From Nitrospinia bacterium (lineage in GTDB: Bacteria > Nitrospinota > Nitrospinia > Nitrospinales > JAJDAT01), in contig JAJDAT010000037.1 in assembly GCA_029261715.1 (NCBI GenBank), positions 64,141 through 128,140 of the forward strand: a stretch of DNA of 64,000 nucleotides, written 5' to 3'. Below the pieces are notes generated by a model. It searched no databases and had not been told where the DNA came from. It worked only from the letters and a program-made list of their open reading frames with translations. The position numbers were made by a program, and so were the translations under genes. Shown here piece after piece: positions 27,706 through 36,186 of this stretch (position 1 is its first letter; each line of letters starts with the position of its first letter).

Positions 27706-28083
27706 TTAAGAATTCCATGGGACGCTCAGGGGAAACCAGCGAGGAACATTTTTCTTATATTCTGAATAAGTATCTCCAAATCTATTCAATAGTTCCGGTT
27801 CTTCAAAAAAAGGGACATAGATCAAGTTTGCCATCATAAAAAATAATCCCCAACCTAGAATCAAATAAGATTTAAAAAAAACAGTTTCTCCCATTAAAAC
27901 GAAAAAAACTCCAATTACCATTGGATTTCGCACATATCTATATAACCCACTAACAACAATTTTTTTTGGTGGATCATATGGAGCTGGCGTCCCATTACCA
28001 TAACTAGTAAACAGAGCCACTGTTTTATAAATAACAATGCTTCCTAATGCGACTAGAATTCCGCCAAACACTGATAAAACCAT
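27706..28083 (-). CDS. Isoprenylcysteine carboxyl methyltransferase (ICMT/PEMT) family membrane protein, apparently N-terminally frameshifted
   Basis: GNGTPAPYDPPKKIVVSGLYRYVRNPMVIGVFFVLMGE...EEPELLNRFGDTYSEYKKNVPRW matches the ICMT-family core. The missing first TM helix is encoded in another frame at 28084-28193. Confidence 0.75.
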   Translation of the reverse strand: MVLSVFGGILVALGSIVIYKTVALFTSYGNGTPAPYDPPKKIVVSGLYRYVRNPMVIGVFFVLMGETVFFKSYLILGWGLFFMMANLIYVPFFEEPELLNRFGDTYSEYKKNVPRWFPLSVPWNS

Positions 28084-28240
28084 GAAAAGAAAAAGACCTC
28101 TTCGTCAAACCAAACCATAGTTCCCGGAATAGTCCCCATCACGTTGAACGGAAAAATAAAAAAAGCAATTATCAGGCTTTTAGTAATTTTCATAAAAATC
28201 AGACGAAACAAAAATCATCTTACAATTTCAAGAAAATTTA

Positions 28241-28420
28241 TCAGGCTTTTGAATCTTCATTTTTCTTTTCTCTTGTTTCTTCAAAAGCATGTCTTTGCTT
28301 AAATCTTTTTAAAAGTATTTTTGCAGAATCACTTTTCCTATCAAATGGTAAAGCGTGGCGTTGCCCCTTACGATCGGCAAGTTTTGCCTTTTCTTCTTTT
28401 GAATTTTTATCTTCTTCCAT
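28241..28420 (-). CDS. Possible 59-aa charged hypothetical protein
   Basis: My translation: MEEDKNSKEEKAKLADRKGQRHALPFDRKSDSAKILLKRFKQRHAFEETREKKNEDSKA. Weak SD and no homology recognised. Confidence 0.2.
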   Translation of the reverse strand: MEEDKNSKEEKAKLADRKGQRHALPFDRKSDSAKILLKRFKQRHAFEETREKKNEDSKA

Positions 28421-28599
28421 TTAGCTTATCTCAAATAAAATTTTTATCTTATTTTATCACGCTTGGGAAATACGACTAATAGGAAAGAACGTTGAGAAAA
28501 AAGCGATTTAAAACCTCTAATGCTTAGAACGTCAGAGACAATCTAGGTGAGAAATCAATTTCAGACTTAAGAAAAACTACTTTTCAAAAAATCGACCTA

Positions 28600-31380
28600 T
28601 TATGCTTTTTGATTAGCTTTATCCAATTGATTTAATAATTCGATCATTCCTTCTACATTGTAGTTGCTTAAAAGAGCTCTGAACTCATCGGCCATTTTTG
28701 AACATTCTTCGTCAATACTTTCTACATCCATCAATAATTTTTCAATTTGAGTCACACTGCATAATTCAACAGCGTCTTTGAGAGGTGTTAAAATTTCATC
28801 AGGAATTTGAATCTTAGAAATATCCAAGGGACGGATTTCTTTTGGTTCCATCGTATCGTCTTCACTAAAAGTAAACTCCACTGGCAATAACTTTGCTAAG
28901 GAATTCACTAATTTTTCTACACGAAAGGGTTTTGTCAAAAAATCATTACATCCTGCTTCAAGAGCTATTTTACGTTTTTCTTCTAAACCCAAGGCCGTAA
29001 CAGCGACTATTTTTAACTGGTTGGATGAAAAAGATTTTCTAATTTGTTTGGTAGCTTCTATTCCATCCATTTCCGGCATCAATATATCCATAAAAACAAT
29101 GTCAAACTTACTATTTTCAATCAACTGTATTCCATCTTTTGCATTTGCAGAAACTTGAACGTCGATTCCAAGATCATTTAAAACTTCCGATAAAATATCG
29201 CGATTTGTCTCAATATCATCAATTACTAACGCTTTTAATTCTTGTCCTTCAGCTATACGTAATACCTCAGAAGTCCGTTTAGTTCGCAAGTTTCTAATCG
29301 CTTTCTCTTCGCTCGGCATAAGTTGCAAAGAAAAGAAAAACCGAGTTCCTTGGCCAATTTTTGATTCAAGTTCTAACTTTCCACCCAAAAGTTGAACCTG
29401 GTTTTTTACAATCGCTAACCCTAAGCCTGTTCCACCTTTTTTTAATCCTTCTTCATGCTGACGAAAAGGTTCGAACAATGATTTTTGGGCTTCTTCGGAA
29501 ATTCCTTGTCCAGTATCGGCAATCTCAAACCGATATAAATTAGGCTCATTTCTATCAATCAAAAGAGAAACTTGACCTGAGTCCGTAAATTTCACAGAAT
29601 TGCCTAATAAATTAATCAAAACCTGCCGCAATTTAGTTTCATCCCCTTTGACCATGATGGGATTGTTGCCTAGCCCATTAAAATTCCATCTCAAGTTTTT
29701 CTGTACACATTGATTCTCAAAATACTCAGCAATCCCAGCGATTAATTCAGTCAGATCAAAATCGGTAGGATATACTTCCATCCTCCCGGCTTCGATTTTA
29801 GAAATATCAAGAACATCATTTATTAACATCAATAAATGATCTCCAGATTTCATAATAGTTTTAATGCTTTTGATTTGATCTGGATTCAGGTTCTTTTGTC
29901 TTTGTAAAATTTGAGCGTACCCTAAAATTGCATTGAGCGGTGTCCGGATTTCGTGACTCATATTTGCCAAAAATGCGCTTTTTGTTTTATTCGCCACTTC
30001 TGCTTCATTTTTTGCTTGTTGAAGTTCTACTTGGGCAATCTTACGGTCATGGATATCTTGTAACGAACCCGCCATTCTAATAGGCTTTCCGTTTTCATCG
30101 CGGATCGTGTCGCCTTTAGCGTGAAACCACCGGTATTTTCCAGACTTAGTTTTCAAGCGATATTCAATATCAAATGGCGCGGAATTTTCAAAATGGTCTT
30201 TTACAGCTTCGACAGTGCGAGATAAATCAGTTGGATGCATTAACTTTTTAAATTGCGAATAACTTGCCTCAATTTCTTCAAAATCATATCCCAACAAGTT
30301 GTAAAATTGCGGAGACCACCATTCTTCATCTTTATTAAAATCTGGCCAATCCCAAATACCTTCATTTGATCCACTAATAGCCAAATCGAGTCGCTGCTGA
30401 ATATTTATGAGCTTCTTATTAGTATCTTCTACCGCTTGAGTTTTTTCTTCGACAAGATTTTCCAAATGATCTTGATAGTTTTTAAGTTCCCCTCGCGCTT
30501 GCCCATGCCCCTCAATTTCTCGTCCCAACTTTAAGTTTGTAGTCTCTAAATCTTTTGCTTGTTTCCAGGCTTTTTGCGCAAAATAAGTCGCTAATCCTAA
30601 AAGGCAAGCCGTCAAAATACCCGCTATCAAAACAACAAATGGCAATGGAGATTTCTTTTGCAACATAAACTTTTCTTGTGGCCAAAGTTTTAATTTCCAC
30701 TGCAATCCAAGTAAAACAACTTCATCTTTGAACTCCCATTCAGCCAAAAAATTCTTCGATTTATTTAGTTTGTAGATTTCTCTATCGTCAGAAAAAACCG
30801 ATAACGAATACTCGTTAGAATTGATACCAAAAACAACAGAATCCCAAAATCCCTTGAATCCTCCAACCAATAGAAAAAAACCGTCAAATTCTCCATTAAT
30901 ATAAACAGGGACAAAAAATATAAAGTCTGTAGATTCAAGCTTTGGCAGGACTTCAATAACTTGCGTGAGCTTTTGATCAGTAGATCGCTCTAACAGAGGG
31001 CGTATTTTCGGCAATATCTTTTCAACTATTTTTGAGCTACCGATTGTGTTTAATACCCATTTTGGCTTCATGGAAGCGTTCACCCAAGCTCCAGCCTTAA
31101 AACCTCTTTGATCGGAAAAAAAATTGCCTAATTCTTGTTCCCATTCTTGCTTTGGAAGCCGGTCTCGACTTTGCCAACGGGCGGCAAATCGTTCTAAAAA
31201 AGTCAAATTAACCACAAGCGCCGTTTGCGCTTCGGTTCTAATTTTCCCTAGTTCGCTTTGGAAAATCTGTCGTAACTGCTGAGTCTGATGAAGATTGATG
31301 AAATGCGACAGATAAATAGACGCTAAAATCAAACTAGCGGCAAGGATACCTGGAATATTTCGCGAATTAAAAAGCTTCAT
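28600..31380 (-). CDS. Hybrid sensor histidine kinase (periplasmic sensor domain between 2 TM helices, coiled coil, PAS, HisKA, HATPase, REC, conserved C-terminal module)
   Basis: H-box SHEIRTPLNAILGY; NLLGNSVKFT, DTGQGIS, GGTGLGLAI; REC LVIDD...DIVFMDILMPEMDG...KPF. Its start overlaps the stop of the upstream YfiR-like gene (ATGA). Confidence 0.9.
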   Translation of the reverse strand: MKLFNSRNIPGILAASLILASIYLSHFINLHQTQQLRQIFQSELGKIRTEAQTALVVNLTFLERFAARWQSRDRLPKQEWEQELGNFFSDQRGFKAGAWVNASMKPKWVLNTIGSSKIVEKILPKIRPLLERSTDQKLTQVIEVLPKLESTDFIFFVPVYINGEFDGFFLLVGGFKGFWDSVVFGINSNEYSLSVFSDDREIYKLNKSKNFLAEWEFKDEVVLLGLQWKLKLWPQEKFMLQKKSPLPFVVLIAGILTACLLGLATYFAQKAWKQAKDLETTNLKLGREIEGHGQARGELKNYQDHLENLVEEKTQAVEDTNKKLINIQQRLDLAISGSNEGIWDWPDFNKDEEWWSPQFYNLLGYDFEEIEASYSQFKKLMHPTDLSRTVEAVKDHFENSAPFDIEYRLKTKSGKYRWFHAKGDTIRDENGKPIRMAGSLQDIHDRKIAQVELQQAKNEAEVANKTKSAFLANMSHEIRTPLNAILGYAQILQRQKNLNPDQIKSIKTIMKSGDHLLMLINDVLDISKIEAGRMEVYPTDFDLTELIAGIAEYFENQCVQKNLRWNFNGLGNNPIMVKGDETKLRQVLINLLGNSVKFTDSGQVSLLIDRNEPNLYRFEIADTGQGISEEAQKSLFEPFRQHEEGLKKGGTGLGLAIVKNQVQLLGGKLELESKIGQGTRFFFSLQLMPSEEKAIRNLRTKRTSEVLRIAEGQELKALVIDDIETNRDILSEVLNDLGIDVQVSANAKDGIQLIENSKFDIVFMDILMPEMDGIEATKQIRKSFSSNQLKIVAVTALGLEEKRKIALEAGCNDFLTKPFRVEKLVNSLAKLLPVEFTFSEDDTMEPKEIRPLDISKIQIPDEILTPLKDAVELCSVTQIEKLLMDVESIDEECSKMADEFRALLSNYNVEGMIELLNQLDKANQKA

Positions 31381-31931
31381 TTTATCTGTTTTGTCAGTCG
31401 AAAAATTTTCGATCCAAGATTAAAACCCGATTTATACAACTTAGTCCGATTAACGTTTAAACGCAATTTACCGCCTTCGAAAAACAAAAAAATCATTCCG
31501 CCTTTTTTAAAGAAGATTGGATCGTCGCTAACCGTTAAAACTTCCCTCATCTTATCCTGTCCCAAAAACTCCAGGGCTAACCGGTCTAAAGTCCCAAAGT
31601 ATACGATATGACAATCTCCTAATTCCGTAAGTTGAGAAACATATTTTACCCTAAAGGGGCGATCCGTTTCTAACGTTTGGATCAGCTCTAATTCTTTCTT
31701 AAACGAACTAAGCCCATACACACATACATTAGAAGATGTCTCAAGAGTAACCTTCGAAGACACTGGCCAAGTAACGTAATTAAAAATTTGATATAAAAAT
31801 ACAGCTTTCGTTTTTTTCTTGATGCTCTCTGTATCCGCGAAAGCAGAATTCGGATAAAAACCTATGCATAGCGTAACAAAGGCCAAAACCCGTATCAAAA
31901 TTGAAAATATTTGTGTTTTATTTCTGATCAA
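31377..31931 (-). CDS. YfiR-like / DUF4154 periplasmic protein
   Basis: Signal peptide. KAVFLYQIFNYVTWP, CHIVYFG, VLTVSD and GGMIFLFFEGGKLRLNVNRTKLYKSGFNLGSKIFRL follow the DUF4154/YfiR pattern as I recall it. Confidence 0.75.
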   Translation of the reverse strand: MIRNKTQIFSILIRVLAFVTLCIGFYPNSAFADTESIKKKTKAVFLYQIFNYVTWPVSSKVTLETSSNVCVYGLSSFKKELELIQTLETDRPFRVKYVSQLTELGDCHIVYFGTLDRLALEFLGQDKMREVLTVSDDPIFFKKGGMIFLFFEGGKLRLNVNRTKLYKSGFNLGSKIFRLTKQIK

Positions 31932-31940
31932 AATAAATTC

Positions 31941-33893
31941 CTAAAATCTAACTGTCGCTCCGCCATAGACACCAATCCCTCTACGTAGAGGAATAGTATT
32001 TGTTCTACGGAATATACTATCTGGGAAATAGACATCTTCATCCAAAACATTGTCTACAAATAAATTAAGCGCAACATTGGGGATCTCCGCTTGGGGTAAG
32101 AACTTGGCAAGCTCCAGTTCTCCTTTAAATGTCAGCCAATTGTAAGCGTCTGCATCAGGATTGATATTTGGAGCAGAAGCAATACTTGCAGCATCTCCAA
32201 AGTAGCTATTGAATACTCCTACTGAATACCCTTCAGGAGACTCATAAGAAAGTCCCATCTTTGCCATACCGTTAGGCACTAGACCAACATCTCGGTTACC
32301 ACTTATATCTTCATTGGTTTGGTAGCTTAAAGAACCTGTGAATAACCAACCGGGAACGGGATGTACCTTCCACTCACACTCCATACCCTCGAAATCTATT
32401 TGGTCAGAATTTAAAAAAGTTCCGGAACCAGCCTGGATAGCTCCATCTAATTGGGTTACATAATAGGTCAAGGCAGAATAAACTTTTGGCGCGTTATAAA
32501 ATATTTGCGCATTTAGCGTTTTAGCCTCTTCCGGCTGAAGATTTGGGTTTCCTTTTAAGAAAGGATTGTTTAAAGACTGTTCTGCGGAAAACGGAGAACG
32601 AAACGCTTCGCCATAAAGTAATTTCATTCCTACTTGATCCGTTAATTGAGCAATAGCTCCAAAGCGCGGAGTTACATTGAAATCGATACCTTCCGGTTTA
32701 CTGACGTTAAAACCCGCTATCAACTTCAAAAATTGCCAGGGTTGGTAATCCGCTTGCGTGTAATAATTAAATCGGTCATTGGTGTAAGGAATGGTTGCAT
32801 TTTGTAAAGATCCATCCAACCTCTGATAAATAAACCCAGAGATAAAATTTACCCTATCAAAAACTTCGCCGCCAATTGAAACTTCATACAACAAATCATT
32901 AAAATCAAAATCACTCCCCAGATTATTCGTAAAATTGAAACCGTTATACGTTATGTTTGCAGTCGCCTTTAATTTATTTTCAAATGAATATTCGTATTGA
33001 AGATCCCAAAAGTTTCTAAGAAGTTTTTCTTTATTTCCGGCAGGTTGAAAGCCATTTAAAATAAAAGTAGTGTCCTTCTTAAAGCCTGTAAACCCAGTAA
33101 GAGAAAAGTTTTTATATTGAGCGACTCCCGTAACGCCATAGTTTTTTTCGCTAAAATCGTCCGTTATCGTATTTCCATTGGGATCGTTGATCAAAAAATT
33201 CCATCCATCGCTTTCCAAATACTTTCCTGAAACTAAAAACTTTAAATCTCCGATTTGTTCTCCAAATAATCCTGAGGCTTGACTTGTGTTATCAACGCCA
33301 TATCCTGCAGAAATTTCATTAGCACGATACTCCCCTGGATCCTTAGTAATGACATTGATCGCTCCCGCTAAAGCGTTCGTTCCATATAAAACAGAACCAG
33401 GCCCGCGCACCATTTCGATTCTTTCGATAATTTCTAAAGGAATCCCCCGGTAAAAAGCCATATTATGACCTCCCGTAAGGGAATCTCGCATTGGACGACC
33501 ATTCAAAAGGATTAAAGATTTATTGTCTGAAATGTTTATTTGCTGGCCACGAATAGCAGTACTGTTATCTCGCAAAAGTGTTGTTGCATATCGATACGTA
33601 TTTGGCAAACGCGATAAAACATCTCCTAAATTATTTCCTCCAAATTTTTCAATTTCTTCAGCGGTGATTATCGTAATAATCCCGGGAGCCTCGGAAATGG
33701 ACTCTTTTCTTTTAGAAGCGACTGTAACTGAAAGTTCCTCAATATCCAGTTTCATCATTTCTTGAATCGCGAGGCTGTCTTTATCAGCTTCGAGATCTGC
33801 TGATGGCTGCGCCATTGCCTTTTCCGTACAAAAACCCAATATCAAAAAAACCAAAATCGATTTAAGAATGTATGAGGTATAGTTTTTCTTCAT
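31941..33893 (-). CDS. TonB-dependent outer-membrane receptor (paralog 1)
   Basis: Signal peptide; plug domain (VTVASKRKESISEAPGIITIITAEEI, VRGPGSVLYGTNALAGAINVITK); beta-barrel ending in the aromatic GGATVRF. Confidence 0.9.
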   Translation of the reverse strand: MKKNYTSYILKSILVFLILGFCTEKAMAQPSADLEADKDSLAIQEMMKLDIEELSVTVASKRKESISEAPGIITIITAEEIEKFGGNNLGDVLSRLPNTYRYATTLLRDNSTAIRGQQINISDNKSLILLNGRPMRDSLTGGHNMAFYRGIPLEIIERIEMVRGPGSVLYGTNALAGAINVITKDPGEYRANEISAGYGVDNTSQASGLFGEQIGDLKFLVSGKYLESDGWNFLINDPNGNTITDDFSEKNYGVTGVAQYKNFSLTGFTGFKKDTTFILNGFQPAGNKEKLLRNFWDLQYEYSFENKLKATANITYNGFNFTNNLGSDFDFNDLLYEVSIGGEVFDRVNFISGFIYQRLDGSLQNATIPYTNDRFNYYTQADYQPWQFLKLIAGFNVSKPEGIDFNVTPRFGAIAQLTDQVGMKLLYGEAFRSPFSAEQSLNNPFLKGNPNLQPEEAKTLNAQIFYNAPKVYSALTYYVTQLDGAIQAGSGTFLNSDQIDFEGMECEWKVHPVPGWLFTGSLSYQTNEDISGNRDVGLVPNGMAKMGLSYESPEGYSVGVFNSYFGDAASIASAPNINPDADAYNWLTFKGELELAKFLPQAEIPNVALNLFVDNVLDEDVYFPDSIFRRTNTIPLRRGIGVYGGATVRF

Positions 33894-33911
33894 ATTTTTT
33901 AGTTTTACTTG

Positions 33912-35864
33912 TCAAAACCTAATAGTCGCTCCACCATAGACGCCAATCCCTCGACGTAACGGGAATGTATTTATTCTATTTCGTATGCCATCTGGAAAAA
34001 AAACATCTTCATCCAAAACATTGTCTACAAATAAATTAAGCGCTACATTGGGGATTTTCGCTCGCGGTAAGAACTTGGCAAGCTCCAGTTCCCCTTTAAA
34101 TGTCAGCCAATTGTATGCATCTGCATCAGGATTGGTATTCGGCGCAGAAGCAACACTTGCCGCATCCCCAAAATAGCTATTGAAAACTCCTAACGAAAAT
34201 CCCTCAGGAGATTCATAAGAAAACCCCATCTTTGCCATACCATTGGGAACTAGCCCAACGTCTTGATTACCGCTTTGATCCTCATTCGTTTGGTAACTTA
34301 AAGAACCTGTTAATAACCAACCAGGAATGGGATAAACTTTCCATTCCCATTCCACTCCATCGAAATCAATTTGCTCGGAGTTAATAAAAGACCCAGAACG
34401 ATTCTGGATAGCGTCATTTAATTGGCTTACATAATATGTCAATGCGGTATAGATTTTTGGCGCTTTATAAAATATTTGAGCATTAAAAGTTTTAGCTCCT
34501 TCCGGTTGCAGATTTGGGTTTCCTTTTAAAGAAGGACGGTTTATTGATTGTTCAGCGGAAAACGGCGATCGAAACGCCTCTCCATACAGTAACTTTATTC
34601 CAATTTGATCGGTCAATTGAGCAATAGCTCCAAAACGAGGAGTTACGTTGAAATCGATACCTTCCGGCTTGCTGACGTTAAAACCCGCTATTAATTTCAA
34701 AAATTGCCAGGGTTGGTAATCCGCCTGTGTGTAATAATTAAATCGGTCATTGGTGTAAGAAATGGTCCCATTTTGTAAAGTTCCATCCAGCCTTTGATAA
34801 ATAAACCCAGAGATAAAATTGAGACAATCAAAAAGCTTGCCGCCAATTGAGAGTTCATACAATAAATCATTAAAATCAAAATCATTCCCCAGATTATTCG
34901 TAAAATTGAAACCGTTATACGTTATGTTTGCAGTCGCCTTCAGTTTGTTTTCAAATGCATATTCGTATTGAAAATCCCAAAAATTTCTGAGGAGTTTTTC
35001 CTTATCCCCAGCAGGTTGAAAGCCATTTAAAAAAAAAGTAGTGTCCTTCTTAAATCCCGTAAACCCAGTTAGAGAAAAGTTTTTATATTGAGCGACTCCC
35101 GTAACGCCATAGTTTTTTTCGCTAAAATCATCAGTTATCGTGTTTCCATTAGGATCGTTGATTAAAAAATTCCAACCATCGCTTTCCAAATACTTTCCCG
35201 AAACTAAAAACTTTAGGTCTCCAATTTGGTCCCCCATCAATCCAGAAGCTTGACTTGTATTATCAACACCATATCCCGCAGAAATTTCATTCGCATGATA
35301 TTCGTTAGGGTTTTTCGTAATAACATTGATGGCGCCGGCTAGGGCATTCGTTCCATACAATACAGAACCAGGTCCTCGCACCATTTCAATTCTTTCAATA
35401 ATTTCTAAAGGGATAGCCCGGTAAAAAGCCATATTATGCCCTCCAGTGAAGGAATCTCGCATCGGACGACCATTCAGGAGTATTAATGACTTATTATCTG
35501 TAACGTTTATTTGCTGACCACGAATAGCAGCGCTGTTATCACGTAAGCTTGGTAATGAGTATCGATAGGTGTTGGGCAAACGCGATAGGATATCCCCGAG
35601 ATTATTTCCACCAAATTTTTCGATCTCTTCAGCGGTGATTACCGCAATTATCCCAGGAGCTTCTGAAATAGACTCTTCTCTTTTAGACGCAACTGTTACT
35701 GATAGTTCTTCTATATCCAATTCCAACATTTCTTGAATTGAGGGGTCTTGCGAACCAGAAGATTGAGCCTCAACATCTTGTCCCCATACAAACACAAGAA
35801 AAATAGGTAAAAACAACTTATCAAAATGCCTAAAAAAAGACTTCATATTTAGTTTTGCAATCAA
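33912..35864 (-). CDS. TonB-dependent outer-membrane receptor (paralog 2, tandem duplicate)
   Basis: Same length (650 aa) and largely identical to paralog 1. For example, GDLKFLVSGKYLESDGWNFLINDPNGNTITDDFSEKNYGVTGVAQYKNFSLTGFTGFKKDTTF is identical in both. Confidence 0.9.
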   Translation of the reverse strand: MIAKLNMKSFFRHFDKLFLPIFLVFVWGQDVEAQSSGSQDPSIQEMLELDIEELSVTVASKREESISEAPGIIAVITAEEIEKFGGNNLGDILSRLPNTYRYSLPSLRDNSAAIRGQQINVTDNKSLILLNGRPMRDSFTGGHNMAFYRAIPLEIIERIEMVRGPGSVLYGTNALAGAINVITKNPNEYHANEISAGYGVDNTSQASGLMGDQIGDLKFLVSGKYLESDGWNFLINDPNGNTITDDFSEKNYGVTGVAQYKNFSLTGFTGFKKDTTFFLNGFQPAGDKEKLLRNFWDFQYEYAFENKLKATANITYNGFNFTNNLGNDFDFNDLLYELSIGGKLFDCLNFISGFIYQRLDGTLQNGTISYTNDRFNYYTQADYQPWQFLKLIAGFNVSKPEGIDFNVTPRFGAIAQLTDQIGIKLLYGEAFRSPFSAEQSINRPSLKGNPNLQPEGAKTFNAQIFYKAPKIYTALTYYVSQLNDAIQNRSGSFINSEQIDFDGVEWEWKVYPIPGWLLTGSLSYQTNEDQSGNQDVGLVPNGMAKMGFSYESPEGFSLGVFNSYFGDAASVASAPNTNPDADAYNWLTFKGELELAKFLPRAKIPNVALNLFVDNVLDEDVFFPDGIRNRINTFPLRRGIGVYGGATIRF

Positions 35865-36186
35865 AATAAAATTAAAAAGCTATGCATAAAATAATATAAA
35901 ATTGGTAGCGGCCATTTTACCTGAAATAAGACGAGAACATCTGAACTATTTGCCTAAATTATCTCAATGACTATATTTACATTTACATCTTTAAAATAAT
36001 CAAAATTTACTTCTTTACCACCTAACCCCTTATTTTTAGGCAGGAAAGCGACCCCCTACATTGCTTTGCATCCCAAAAAAAATAAATTACTCCAAAAAGT
36101 TTTAAATTATTCTTTTCAAAAAAAGCTCGCAAAACAATCGCCATAAGGTAAACTACATACCTTCTAATAAATTCGAACTGGCGTAA

